The notes beneath the pieces were generated by a model, which ran no database searches, was not told where the DNA came from, and was given only the letters and a program-made list of their open reading frames with translations. A stretch of 64,000 nucleotides of DNA. Origin: an uncultured Methanoregulaceae archaeon. GTDB taxonomy: Archaea > Halobacteriota > Methanomicrobia > Methanomicrobiales > Methanospirillaceae. The stretch lies in assembly GCA_963737635.1 (NCBI GenBank), contig CAVTTL010000001.1, positions 128,001-192,000 of the forward strand, in the 5' to 3' direction. The position numbers and the translations under genes are program-made. Shown piece after piece: positions 10,854-21,096 of this stretch. Each line of letters begins with the position of its first letter. Position 1 is the first letter of the stretch.

Positions 10854-11647
10854 ACGTTCGGTATGACAATATCGGATTATCTGATACTGATGAAAAAGAA
10901 ATTGAGAGATTGCTTGCTGTAAAAACCCCTTATTCTGATGATTTACACCGGATGGGTTTTCTCATAGATATGGTATGGGACGAACTCGGTTGTGATAATA
11001 AACATCTTGATGATAACAAATTAGCGCAGTTTTATTCTCATCCGGTCTGGATTCTCAATGGATTGTTCATCGAACAACATGCATTATCCATGCAGCATCG
11101 TAATGGAATCAGCCAATGGATTGCAGACAATAAAATGCGATCAGTAATTGATTATGGCGGGGGATTTGGAACACTCGCCCGGCTTATTCACCGGAAATCA
11201 CCGGAAACAGATATTGTCATATTCGATCCGTACTCGAATAATTCTTCATGTAAACAATTTCCGGAAATAACAAGCATACGATTCCTATCGGCAATTGATA
11301 AAGAGTATGATTGCCTCATCGCCGAGGATGTACTTGAACATGTACCGAAACCCATTCAACTCCTTTCCTTAATGACCTCATATGTGAAACCAGATGGCTA
11401 TCTGCTCATTGCCAACAATTTCAACCCGGTAATAAAATGTCATCTGCCTGCAACATTCCATCTGAGATATACTTTTGATCATATCGCAAAAGCACTTGGA
11501 TTGCAGAAGTGTGGCACGGTAGCAGGGGCACCACATACAACCATTTACCGGAAACACCATTGCAACTCTTCTGTCAGTAGCAAAGTGATTCTGATGGAAT
11601 GTGGATCGAAATTACTGTTTCCGATATTCAAAAGGGTGTTGGGATGA
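10850..11647 (+). CDS. class I SAM-dependent methyltransferase
   Basis: VIDYGGGFG motif I, DVLEHV; ATG overlaps upstream stop. Confidence 0.85.
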   Translation: MNVRYDNIGLSDTDEKEIERLLAVKTPYSDDLHRMGFLIDMVWDELGCDNKHLDDNKLAQFYSHPVWILNGLFIEQHALSMQHRNGISQWIADNKMRSVIDYGGGFGTLARLIHRKSPETDIVIFDPYSNNSSCKQFPEITSIRFLSAIDKEYDCLIAEDVLEHVPKPIQLLSLMTSYVKPDGYLLIANNFNPVIKCHLPATFHLRYTFDHIAKALGLQKCGTVAGAPHTTIYRKHHCNSSVSSKVILMECGSKLLFPIFKRVLG

Positions 11648-12888
11648 AAATTCTTTTTATAAACACCTTTGATTCTGTCGGGGCTGCAGCAAATAATGTG
11701 CATCTTTTATGTAAAAGTTTGCAGTCAGTTGGCGTTCAATGCGAGATGATGGTGCAATTCAAAGGTAGTGACGACCCCTCCGTTATCGGACCACAGGGAA
11801 AATTAAAAGAAAAAATGAGTTGGCTACACTACCATATGGACCGACTTCCTCTAAAATTTTACCCCGGTAAAAACAAAACAATGTTCTCACCGGCATGGGT
11901 GCCAAACAGGAATCTTGTCCATGCCATCAATAAAAGCGACGCGGATATCGTTCACCTTCATTGGATCACCGCAGGAATGATACGGGTAGAGGATCTCGCG
12001 CATATCAGAAAACCAATCATCTGGTCCCAGCACGATATGTGGCCGTTCACCGGGGGGTGCCATTATGATGGAGGATGTGGCAAGTACGCGACTCATTGTG
12101 GTGCCTGTCCGGTACTTGGTTCCTGTCATACAACCGATTTGAGTTACAGGGTTCATGCACGAAAAATAAAAGCATATGCAAAAATTCCCTCCCTTACCGT
12201 CAATGGTATAAGCCGGTGGATTACAGAGTGCGCAAAGAGGAGCACCGTATTCTCCGGCAGGGAGATAACAAACGTCTCAAGCCCTATAGATACAAAAGCA
12301 TTCCAGCCCTTGGACAAAGCCATTGCCCGGGATCTTCTCCATCTCCCGCAGGACAAGAAATTTATCTTGTTTGGCGGGGACGGCATGGTACAGGACCCGC
12401 GCAAAGGACACCGGTATCTCAAATCCGCATTAGACTTGATCAGTACCCCTGATGTCGAATTGCTCATTTTTGGCTCTGGTAATTTCGCGCCCTCACTCCA
12501 GTATAAATTTCCGGCTCACTATCTCGGGCATCTTCCTAACGATCTTACCATGAGGATCACTTACAGCGCGGCAGATGTCTATGTCATGCCAAGCGTTCAG
12601 GAGGTGTTGGGATGGGTGTCTACCGAATCGATGGCCTGCGGGACTCCTGCAATAACATTTGATTTAGGTGGGCCAAAGGAGATAGTCGACCATATGATAA
12701 ACGGGTATTGTGCCATCCCGGAAGATCCCGTTAGTCTGGCAAAAGGAATTGATTGGGTTCTCACCCATCCCGAGCCAAAGGATCTATCCACGAATGCCCG
12801 GCAGGCTATACTCAGCAAATTTGATTCCATACTCATAGCGAAGCAATACCGGGAACTCTATAAACGGCATATTGAATGTGACAACTGA
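11644..12888 (+). CDS. glycosyltransferase family 4 (WcaC-like)
   Basis: HLHW, HDMWPFTGGCHY, DPRKG, ESMACGTP. Confidence 0.9.
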   Translation: MKILFINTFDSVGAAANNVHLLCKSLQSVGVQCEMMVQFKGSDDPSVIGPQGKLKEKMSWLHYHMDRLPLKFYPGKNKTMFSPAWVPNRNLVHAINKSDADIVHLHWITAGMIRVEDLAHIRKPIIWSQHDMWPFTGGCHYDGGCGKYATHCGACPVLGSCHTTDLSYRVHARKIKAYAKIPSLTVNGISRWITECAKRSTVFSGREITNVSSPIDTKAFQPLDKAIARDLLHLPQDKKFILFGGDGMVQDPRKGHRYLKSALDLISTPDVELLIFGSGNFAPSLQYKFPAHYLGHLPNDLTMRITYSAADVYVMPSVQEVLGWVSTESMACGTPAITFDLGGPKEIVDHMINGYCAIPEDPVSLAKGIDWVLTHPEPKDLSTNARQAILSKFDSILIAKQYRELYKRHIECDN

Positions 12889-13198
12889 AACAAATATTAT
12901 GATAAAAAATATTTTGAATGGGTGAAATGTGCCTTGGCTGCAAACCTTTTCTCGTTTAAGGAATGTATATCGCCTCGCGATAACATCATTGAATTTGATT
13001 ATGAGGTTAAAGGCAGTCTCCCCCTTCGGGTAGATTCACCAGAAAAACGTTCGAGAATGGTATCCTTTGTTTTTCCTGCGGGATTGATGGCATAGGCAAC
13101 TCAACAATCACCCTAATCAGGGCAAGAAAGAAAAAGATGAATATGGTTCTTCAGACAATATATAACGAGAATCAACCGGAAAATTTGGGCACTATACC

Positions 13199-14155
13199 AT
13201 GAAAGCATTTGTTACTGGCGGCACCGGCTTTATCGGCAGTAATCTTGTAGACACGATACTTTCCCTTGGAAAAGAAGTTACCGTTTACGATAATTTTTCC
13301 ACAGGGATTCAGGAATACCTGGAGACTGCAGAAAAACGACCCGGGTTCCATTTGATCACCGGGGATCTCTTGGACCAGGAAAAATTGTGCACTGCAATGG
13401 CTGGCTGTGATTTTGTCTTTCATCTGGCTGCAAATGCCGATGTTCGCTATGGCACGGAACATCCGGAAAAAGATCTTTACCAGAATACTATCGCAACGTT
13501 TAACGTGCTTGAAGCGATGCGGAAAAACGCCATCAATAAGATTGCGTTCTCTTCCACCGGTTCCATTTATGGGGAAGCAACGGTAATTCCCACACCCGAA
13601 GATGCGCCGTTCCCGGTACAGACTTCGCTGTACGGTGCATCCAAGCTCGCGGGAGAAGGGCTGATTGAGGCATATTGTGAGGGGTTTGGCTTCCAGGCAT
13701 GGATCTTCCGGTTCGTGTCCATCCTCGGGGAACGCTACCCGCACGGGCATGTTTTTGATTTCTATAAACAGCTCCGTGCCCATCCCGATCACCTGAATGT
13801 TCTCGGAAACGGACATCAGAAAAAATCGTATCTCTATGTGCAGGACTGCATTAATGCCATTTTTACCGCAATCGAAAAATCCCGAGACCCGGTGAACATA
13901 TTCAATCTCGGTACTGATGACTATTGTGAAGTGAACGATTCCATCAACTGGATATGCAGTCACCTGGATCTCAAACCAGAGATCCGCTATACCGGCGGGG
14001 ACCGGGGCTGGATTGGGGATAACCCGTTCATATTCCTCGATTGTAAAAAGATCCGTTCCCTCGGCTGGAAACCAGAATATACGATTCATGAGGGTGTTAT
14101 CAAGTCGCTTGAATTCCTCGAATGCAATCCGTGGGTACTGGAGAGATTTCCATGA
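13199..14155 (+). CDS. NAD-dependent nucleotide-sugar epimerase/dehydratase (LmbM-type family)
   Basis: GGTGFIG, SSTGSIYG, YGASK extended-SDR motifs. Confidence 0.9.
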   Translation: MKAFVTGGTGFIGSNLVDTILSLGKEVTVYDNFSTGIQEYLETAEKRPGFHLITGDLLDQEKLCTAMAGCDFVFHLAANADVRYGTEHPEKDLYQNTIATFNVLEAMRKNAINKIAFSSTGSIYGEATVIPTPEDAPFPVQTSLYGASKLAGEGLIEAYCEGFGFQAWIFRFVSILGERYPHGHVFDFYKQLRAHPDHLNVLGNGHQKKSYLYVQDCINAIFTAIEKSRDPVNIFNLGTDDYCEVNDSINWICSHLDLKPEIRYTGGDRGWIGDNPFIFLDCKKIRSLGWKPEYTIHEGVIKSLEFLECNPWVLERFP

Positions 14156-15444
14156 AAATATGTGTGTTTGGGTTATGGCACCTGGGATCGGTCATTTGTG
14201 CGAGTCTTGCGAAATCCGGACATACCGTTGTCGGCCTTGATTTCAATCGGGAGAACATTGAAAACTTCCGGAACGCCAAAGCCCCCGTTTCAGAACCCGG
14301 ATTAAACGAACTAATTCTTGAAAATCTCCAGAAAAAATCGTTGCGTTTCACGTGCGATCCTGCACCTGCCCTGACAGATGCAGAGGTAGTGTGGATCGCA
14401 TTTGATACACCGGTGGATGAACAGGATAATGCAGATCCCAGTTATATAGAGAAGAATTTTGAGATAATTTCCGGATTTATACGGAACCAGGCGAAAATTA
14501 TCATATCCTCACAGGTTCCCGTTGGATTCACCCGGCATCTTTCTCAGAAATTCCATGAGAAATATCCTGGTAAAAACGTTTTCTTTTCGTACTCACCGGA
14601 AAACTTACGCTTGGGGAAAGCACTGAAAACATTTTTGGAACCGGACCGGATTGTCATTGGAACTCTGCCTGAAGATAAAGCCCTATTTCTCCCCATTTTC
14701 TCATCCATCAGTAATAGACAGGAATGGATGAGTATTGAATCAGCTGAAATGACAAAACATGCAATCAACTCTTTTCTTGCCACCTCAATCTGTTTTGCAA
14801 ATGAAATTGCAACACTCTGCGAATACGTGGGAGCAAATGCAAAAGAGGTCGAACGGGGATTAAAAACCGAAGAACGGATCGGTCCGAAAGCATACCTCAC
14901 ACCGGGCAATGCATTTTCAGGAGGTACCCTGGCAAGGGATATACGATTTTTACAAAAATTAGGAGACCATAACCATCTGCCGGTCCCCCTCATCAACGCT
15001 GTCTTAACAAGCAATGACTTCCACAAGACATGGATTAAAAGAAAATGTAACGAAACACTTGGTGAACTTAAGGGAAAAAATATCTCTGTCTTTGGACTTA
15101 CCTACAAACCAGGGACTGACACATTACGGAGATCCTTTTCCGTGGAACTCTGTACATGGCTCCATGGCGAAGGCGCCACAATCACCGCATTCGATCCCGC
15201 AATTCATGAGCTCCCCTCAGAATTACAGGGAACCCTTTCGTTATCTTCCGGCATTCTTCCCGCGGTAAAAGATGCAGACTGCCTTATCATTGCCACGGAA
15301 TGGCCGGATTTCCAAAAAATCCCGGTGGATATCCTTATTCATATGAGGACGAAGATCCTCATCGATCCCAATGGATTTGTGGAACACAATCTGGGAGAGG
15401 CCCATAATATTCGTTATCTGACCGTAGGAAGAGATCTTTCATGA
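14152..15444 (+). CDS. UDP-glucose/GDP-mannose dehydrogenase family protein lacking the catalytic Cys (LmbL-type)
   Basis: GLWHLG, FDTP, SPENLRLG, AEMTKHAIN, GLTYKPGTDTLR; FSGGTLARD where the family usually has GGxCxxKD. Confidence 0.85.
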   Translation: MKICVFGLWHLGSVICASLAKSGHTVVGLDFNRENIENFRNAKAPVSEPGLNELILENLQKKSLRFTCDPAPALTDAEVVWIAFDTPVDEQDNADPSYIEKNFEIISGFIRNQAKIIISSQVPVGFTRHLSQKFHEKYPGKNVFFSYSPENLRLGKALKTFLEPDRIVIGTLPEDKALFLPIFSSISNRQEWMSIESAEMTKHAINSFLATSICFANEIATLCEYVGANAKEVERGLKTEERIGPKAYLTPGNAFSGGTLARDIRFLQKLGDHNHLPVPLINAVLTSNDFHKTWIKRKCNETLGELKGKNISVFGLTYKPGTDTLRRSFSVELCTWLHGEGATITAFDPAIHELPSELQGTLSLSSGILPAVKDADCLIIATEWPDFQKIPVDILIHMRTKILIDPNGFVEHNLGEAHNIRYLTVGRDLS

Positions 15445-16307
15445 AACTCGCTGGACGAAATGCGATAATAACCGGGGCAAACCGGGGTTTTGGCCTTGAA
15501 ATTGCCAAAAAGTTTGTTGAAGAAGGAGCGTCTGTTCTCATCTGCGGGAGAGACGAAGATCAGGTTGCGCTTGCCGTTGATTCCCTGCGGAAACTCACTT
15601 CGTCGGAACAAACCGTTGTTGGTGTACCCCTAGACGTGTCAAAGGAAGAAAATGTCAAACAGATGATTAACGTCGCAATCGATACGTTGAAACGGATTGA
15701 CATCGTGGTCAACAATGCCGGGATATACGGGCCAAAAGGACTCATAGAAGATGTCGATTCAGGGGAATGGGTATCTGCGATCCATATCAACCTTTTAAGC
15801 GTTTTTTTCATGTGTAAAGGGATACTTCCGCATATGAAAAAGAACAATGCCGGGAAAATAATCAACCTTTCCGGAGGAGGAGCAACGGCACCATTACCAA
15901 GAATAAGTGCCTATGCCGCATCCAAAGCAGCAGTCGTAAGATTGACAGAAACACTCGCTGAGGAATGCAGGGAATATGCAATTGATATTAACGCTGTTGC
16001 ACCGGGTGCACTCAACACCCGGCTTCTCGACGAAATCCTGGAGTCCGGGCCTGATGTTGTAGGTAAGGCGTTTTACGAGAAAGCCCTCAAACAAAAAGCC
16101 GATGGCGGAACACCCCTCCAGTTAGGTGCTGAACTCTGTGTTTACCTGGCATCTTCTGCCAGTGACGGGATAACCGGGAAACTAATCAGCGCCCCTTGGG
16201 ACCCCTGGCAAAACCTTGCGCAGTACCGCGATGAACTAAGAAATTCGGATATTTACACATTAAGAAGGATCGTTGAGAAAGATCGCGGTAAAAACTGGGG
16301 GACCTGA
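15441..16307 (+). CDS. short-chain dehydrogenase/reductase
   Basis: TGANRGFG, NNAG, YAASK. Confidence 0.92.
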   Translation: MKLAGRNAIITGANRGFGLEIAKKFVEEGASVLICGRDEDQVALAVDSLRKLTSSEQTVVGVPLDVSKEENVKQMINVAIDTLKRIDIVVNNAGIYGPKGLIEDVDSGEWVSAIHINLLSVFFMCKGILPHMKKNNAGKIINLSGGGATAPLPRISAYAASKAAVVRLTETLAEECREYAIDINAVAPGALNTRLLDEILESGPDVVGKAFYEKALKQKADGGTPLQLGAELCVYLASSASDGITGKLISAPWDPWQNLAQYRDELRNSDIYTLRRIVEKDRGKNWGT

Positions 16308-16308
16308 C

Positions 16309-17299
16309 GTGAAAGTCGGTATAATCGGGTGCGGTGCCGTCGGGAAGAAACGTGCTCTTGCCTTGGGGGATAACGAACTTGTGATGGCTGTCGATACGTC
16401 ACTCGAACGGGCGCGGGACGTAGCGCAGCTCAAAAACTGTACTTCAGTAAGCACTGATTACCATGATGCGCTGAATAACGACCAGATTGAGCTTTTGTTT
16501 ATCTCAACCACCAATGAATTTCTCGCAAAAATTACCTTAGATGCAGTCTCTGCCAAAAAGCATGTACTGGTAGAGAAACCCGCAGGCAGGACCCCTAAAG
16601 AACTCATTCCCATTATCGAAACGGCACAACGAAATAATGTTTTTGTCAAAGTGGGATTCAATCACCGGTTTCATCCGGCATTGCACAAGGCAAAACAACT
16701 GGTGGATTCAGGAGAGATTGGACCGTTAATGTTTATCCGCGGCCGGTATGGTCACGGGGGGCGGCGCGGATATGAAAAAGAGTGGCGTTCAATTCCTGAA
16801 AAATCGGGGGGTGGGGAGCTCATCGACCAAGGAGTTCACCTGATCGATTTGTCACGATGGTTCCTTGGCGACCTTGATGTCGCTGAAGGTTTTGCCCATA
16901 CGGTACTTCTGGGATATGCCGGTCGATGATAATGCATTCCTGATGCTGAAAAGTCCACGCGATCAGATCGCATGGCTCCATGTCAGCTGCACTGAGTGGA
17001 AGAATATGTTTTCTTTTGAAATTTATGGAAAAACGGGAAAACTCCAGATAGAGGGTCTTGGCGGAAGTTATGGCACGGAACGGCTATGCCTTTATAAAAT
17101 GCTTCCTCTGATGGGCCCACCGGAAACGACGATATGGGAATATCCGTTCCCGGACGATTCCTGGAATCTCGAAGTGAATGAATTCATCCGGTCGATCGAA
17201 ATGCACAAAGAACCAGAGGGAAATATACGCGATGCCAAAAAAGCACTGGATATCGTCGAGAAAGTGTATGACAAATCCCATTTTAAGGTGAATATATGA
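16309..17299 (+). CDS. Gfo/Idh/MocA family oxidoreductase (LmbZ-type family); frameshift near 16900
   Basis: GIIGCGAVG, VLVEKP, GFNHRF, GGGELIDQGVH; C-terminus continues in ORF 16865..17299. Confidence 0.85.
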
Positions 17300-18279
17300 T
17301 TATCACTCGTAGTCCTTTGAGAATCTCCCTTGGCGGCGGAGGAACAGATCTGCCTTCGTATTACCAGAAACATGAAGGTTTTTTGATTGCCGCGGCGATC
17401 GACAAATACGTCTATATCAACCTGCACGATACGTTCGTTGATTATCTCATTGTAAAATACTCAAAAATGGAAGAGGTCAGGAGCATCGAAGAGATCAAGC
17501 ATCCCATTATTCGCGAATCCCTGAAACTGCTGGGATTTGACGCCCGGTACCTTGAAATTGCGAGCCTTGCAGACATCCCGGCAGGTACTGGCCTCGGCTC
17601 GTCCAGCAGCTTTACCTGTTCGCTCCTTAAAGCACTTCATACCCATAAGAAAAACCTGATTTCACCGGCGGATCTTGCTGAACAAGCTTGTCACATTGAG
17701 ATGGATCTTCTTCACGAACCCATTGGCAAACAGGATCAATATATCTCCGCACATGGTGGCATTAACTGTTTCACGTTCTGTAAAGACAACCGGGTAAAAA
17801 CGGAAAAACTCAATATATCCCCGGAAACACTCTACAATCTCGAGGACCACCTCTTGCTCTTTTTCACCGGGTACTCACGTTCTGCATCAAACGTTCTCAG
17901 AGAGCAGGACGACAAAAGCAAGAAAAACGATACCACCATGATCGATAACCTGCACTTTGTCAAGGAACTGGGGTATAAGAGTAAAACAGCTTTTGAACGT
18001 GGGGATCTTGAAGAGTTTGCCAACATCATGAACGTTCATTGGGAGCATAAGAAGCAGCGCTCGAACGCGATGAGCAACGACCGGATCAACACGTGGTACG
18101 ATATCGCTATGAAAAACGGTGCGCTGGGGGGGAAACTCATCGGTGCCGGGGGCGGGGGATTTTTGATGTTCTATGCTGAAGACACCAAGAAACTCCGCAA
18201 GGCCATGGCATGCGAAGGGCTCCAAGAAGTCCGGTTCCGGTTTGACTTCGACGGCAGCAAAGTGGTGACTACATCGTAA
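17296..18279 (+). CDS. GHMP sugar-phosphate kinase (HddA/LmbP family)
   Basis: SPLRISLGGGGTD, PAGTGLGSS, GKQDQY, GAGGGGF. Confidence 0.92.
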   Translation: MIITRSPLRISLGGGGTDLPSYYQKHEGFLIAAAIDKYVYINLHDTFVDYLIVKYSKMEEVRSIEEIKHPIIRESLKLLGFDARYLEIASLADIPAGTGLGSSSSFTCSLLKALHTHKKNLISPADLAEQACHIEMDLLHEPIGKQDQYISAHGGINCFTFCKDNRVKTEKLNISPETLYNLEDHLLLFFTGYSRSASNVLREQDDKSKKNDTTMIDNLHFVKELGYKSKTAFERGDLEEFANIMNVHWEHKKQRSNAMSNDRINTWYDIAMKNGALGGKLIGAGGGGFLMFYAEDTKKLRKAMACEGLQEVRFRFDFDGSKVVTTS

Positions 18280-18996
18280 TGCTGCCAGTGGTTATTCTTG
18301 CGGGAGGACTTGCCACCCGCCTGTACCCGGTAACCCAAAAAATCCCCAAATCTCTGATTTTGATCGCCGGCCGGCCCTTTATCGATCACCAGCTGGAGCT
18401 CCTGAAAGAAAAAGGCGTGGCCCGGGTCGTCCTGTGTGTGGGAAACTTTGGCGCTATGATCGAATCATATGTTGGCGACGGCTCCCGGCTCGGGCTGGAA
18501 GTGACAGTACTCCTATGATGGGGACGCTCTCCTTGGGACAGGTGGCGCAATTAAAAAGGCAGCCGGGATGCTTCCGGAGGCGTTCATGATCCTGTACGGT
18601 GACTCCTATCTCGATATCGATTTTGAACCGATCGCGCAAACGTTTAGCGCGGGGACACTTCCGGCCCTGATGACGGTGTACCGGAACCGGAACACATTCG
18701 ATACGAGCAACGTCATTATGAAGGATGGGAAAATTGTAAGGTATGACAAGAAATCCCGCGATCCGTCCATGGAATACATTGATTATGGGCTCATTGCGAT
18801 CCGGAAAAACGTTTTCGATGAGTATCCGGTAAATGAACCCTTCGATCTCTCTCTAGTTCTTTCCCGGCTGGTTGACACCGGGCAGGTCTTAGGATATGAG
18901 GTCACGAAACGCTTTTACGAGATCGGGTCGACATCAGGGATCAAGGAAACTGAAGACTATATCAGGACAAGAAAACCAGTTTCATACAAGGTCTGA
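18279..18996 (+). CDS. sugar-1-phosphate nucleotidyltransferase (HddC/LmbO family); frameshift near 18510
   Basis: ILAGGLATRL...PKSL, then LGTGGA, LYGDSY and FYEIGS in the next frame. Confidence 0.85.
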
Positions 18997-18998
18997 AA

Positions 18999-19607
18999 AT
19001 GACGAGTGAAAACGATTATATTTCTGCATTCCTCAACGACGCTGTAACGATAATCCGGAAAATCGATCAGGTCCAGATCAAAAAAATGTCTGAAATTCTC
19101 CAGGACATCCGAAAAAACGGCGGGCGTCTGTTCATTCTCGGCGTCGGCGGTGGAGCCGGACACGCATCCCATGCAGTGAACGATTTCCGGAAGATCGCCG
19201 GGATTGAATCCTATGCGCCGACGGATAACGTTTCGGAGCTCACCGCCCGTGTCAATGATGACGGCTGGGAGACCGTTTTTGAGAGCTGGCTCAAAGGAAG
19301 CAGGCTCACCGCGAAGGACTGCATCTTTGTCTTTTCTGTCGGCGGCGGGAATGCAGAAAAGAATGTCAGCGTGAACCTAGTGAATGCCCTGCGATATGCA
19401 AAGGATACCGGTACAAAAATCATCGGTGTTGTGGGACGTGATGGTGGCTACACGGCAAAAGTTGCGGATGCCTGCGTGATTATCCCGACCGTAAACGAGA
19501 AGACCGTAACCCCCCAGACGGAAGCTTTCCAGGCCGTTGTCTGGCATCTCATCGTTTCAAGCCCGGCGATGCAGAAGTTCGAGATGAAGTGGGAAAGCAC
19601 AAAATAA
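18999..19607 (+). CDS. SIS-domain phosphosugar isomerase (GmhA/LmbN-related)
   Basis: GVGGGAGHASHAVND, SVGGG; GmhA-like length but divergent motif. Confidence 0.85.
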   Translation: MTSENDYISAFLNDAVTIIRKIDQVQIKKMSEILQDIRKNGGRLFILGVGGGAGHASHAVNDFRKIAGIESYAPTDNVSELTARVNDDGWETVFESWLKGSRLTAKDCIFVFSVGGGNAEKNVSVNLVNALRYAKDTGTKIIGVVGRDGGYTAKVADACVIIPTVNEKTVTPQTEAFQAVVWHLIVSSPAMQKFEMKWESTK

Positions 19608-19616
19608 TTTTTTTCG

Positions 19617-20204
19617 ATGAAACCGGCAGTTTTTTTCGATCGCGATGGTGTCATCAACGAGCTCATGCTGAACTCGGACACCGGGGAGTACGAACCGCCC
19701 CATTCACCGGGAGATCTTACTCTTTTTCCTGATGTGATTGCATCTTTACGAATCCTTCAGAATGCCGGTTTTGATCTCTTCCTCGTGTCCAACCAACCAG
19801 ATTACGCAAAAGGGAAAACGACGCTGGAGCAGATCCAAGCGGTGCACGAGAGACTCAATCAGATCCTGAAATCCGAAGGGATTCTGTTCCGTGACTACTA
19901 TTACTGCTACCACCACCCGCAGGGAACTGTCCCTGAATATTCTTTCTCGTGTGAGTGCCGGAAACCAAAACCCTATTTCATCCTGAAAGCAGCCCGGGAT
20001 TATGGGATCGATCTCGCGCATTCGTGGATGGTCGGCGATCGGGATACCGATATTGCATGCGGAAAAGCGGCAGGGACCCGGACTATTCTGATTCTTTATC
20101 CACACTCAGCTGGAAACCGTGGCTCCGGCGACCCGGATTACAAAGTTGAAAATATCCGGGATGCGGTACACACGATAATACGTCCCTCTGACAAAAAAAT
20201 ATGA
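19617..20204 (+). CDS. HAD-IIIA sugar-bisphosphate phosphatase (GmhB/LmbK family)
   Basis: FFDRDGVIN, VSNQ, CxH...CECRKP, MVGDRDTD. Confidence 0.92.
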   Translation: MKPAVFFDRDGVINELMLNSDTGEYEPPHSPGDLTLFPDVIASLRILQNAGFDLFLVSNQPDYAKGKTTLEQIQAVHERLNQILKSEGILFRDYYYCYHHPQGTVPEYSFSCECRKPKPYFILKAARDYGIDLAHSWMVGDRDTDIACGKAAGTRTILILYPHSAGNRGSGDPDYKVENIRDAVHTIIRPSDKKI

Positions 20205-20305
20205 CTGTAGCGTAAATCGCCGAATATAAAACAACGAATCTTAAAGATGCAGAACAGATAATACTTCATAATCAGGACTAAAAAAAGTGAACTGGAAGTA
20301 ATATT

Positions 20306-21022
20306 ATGAGCGGATTACCACAGTTTAAGATCAAGCTCTATGCGGATGGTGCCGATCTCGACGGCATGATCGAGGAGTACAAAAAAGGGATTGCAAGCGG
20401 TTTTACGACCAACCCGACCCTTATGAAAAAAGCCGAGGTCAAAAGTTACGAGGATTTTGCAAAAGCTGCCCTCAAGGCGATTCCGGACCTTCCCATCTCA
20501 TTCGAAGTTTTTTCTGATGACCTGCCCGGGATGGAACGCGAAGCCCGGAAGATCGCTGGCTGGGGAAAGAACGTCTATATCAAGATCCCGGTGACCAACA
20601 CCAAAGGCGAAAGCACAGCACCGCTCGTGAAAAAACTCTCCCACGACGGTCTGAAGCTGAATGTTACCGCTATCCTGACCCTCGACCAGGTAAAGACAGT
20701 GGCAAAGGCCCTTTCCCCGGATACGCCGAGCATCGTTTCGGTGTTTGCCGGTCGTATCGCGGATACCGGAAGAGACCCGATGCCGATTATGAAAGATGCC
20801 GTGAAGATCCTCAAGCCCTTGCCGAAAGCCGAACTGCTCTGGGCAAGCACCCGAGAGCTGTTGAACCTTGTTCAGGCCGAGTCCTGCGGCTGTCACATCA
20901 TCACGATCACGAATGATATCTTAAAGAAGGTCCCGCAGGTCGGTAAAGATCTGAACCAGTTGTCGCTTGAGACCGTGCAGATGTTTTACTCCGATGCGCA
21001 AAGTGCGGGATATAAGATTTAA
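20306..21022 (+). CDS. tal: transaldolase
   Basis: GFTTNPT, ISFEV (Glu), YIKIP Schiff-base Lys, SVFAGR (Phe): transaldolase rather than FSA residues. Confidence 0.9.
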   Translation: MSGLPQFKIKLYADGADLDGMIEEYKKGIASGFTTNPTLMKKAEVKSYEDFAKAALKAIPDLPISFEVFSDDLPGMEREARKIAGWGKNVYIKIPVTNTKGESTAPLVKKLSHDGLKLNVTAILTLDQVKTVAKALSPDTPSIVSVFAGRIADTGRDPMPIMKDAVKILKPLPKAELLWASTRELLNLVQAESCGCHIITITNDILKKVPQVGKDLNQLSLETVQMFYSDAQSAGYKI

Positions 21023-21034
21023 TTTCCAAAACCG

Positions 21035-21096
21035 GAAATTTCTCTTTTTTTAAAGAGATCTTTATTAAAATAATGTTTTTTACAGAATTTTTTAAT
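21035..21096. terminator. T-rich intergenic region between convergent genes, probable archaeal terminator
   Basis: Several T5-T7 runs directly after the tal stop. Confidence 0.4.

Noticed and set aside
17296-20204. Assigning hddA/hddC/gmhA/gmhB symbols (plain GDP-heptose pathway)
   Set aside because: Families fit, but the SIS motif is divergent and the flanking L/Z/M-type genes and transaldolase suggest a different product; heptose remains possible, so symbols were withheld.
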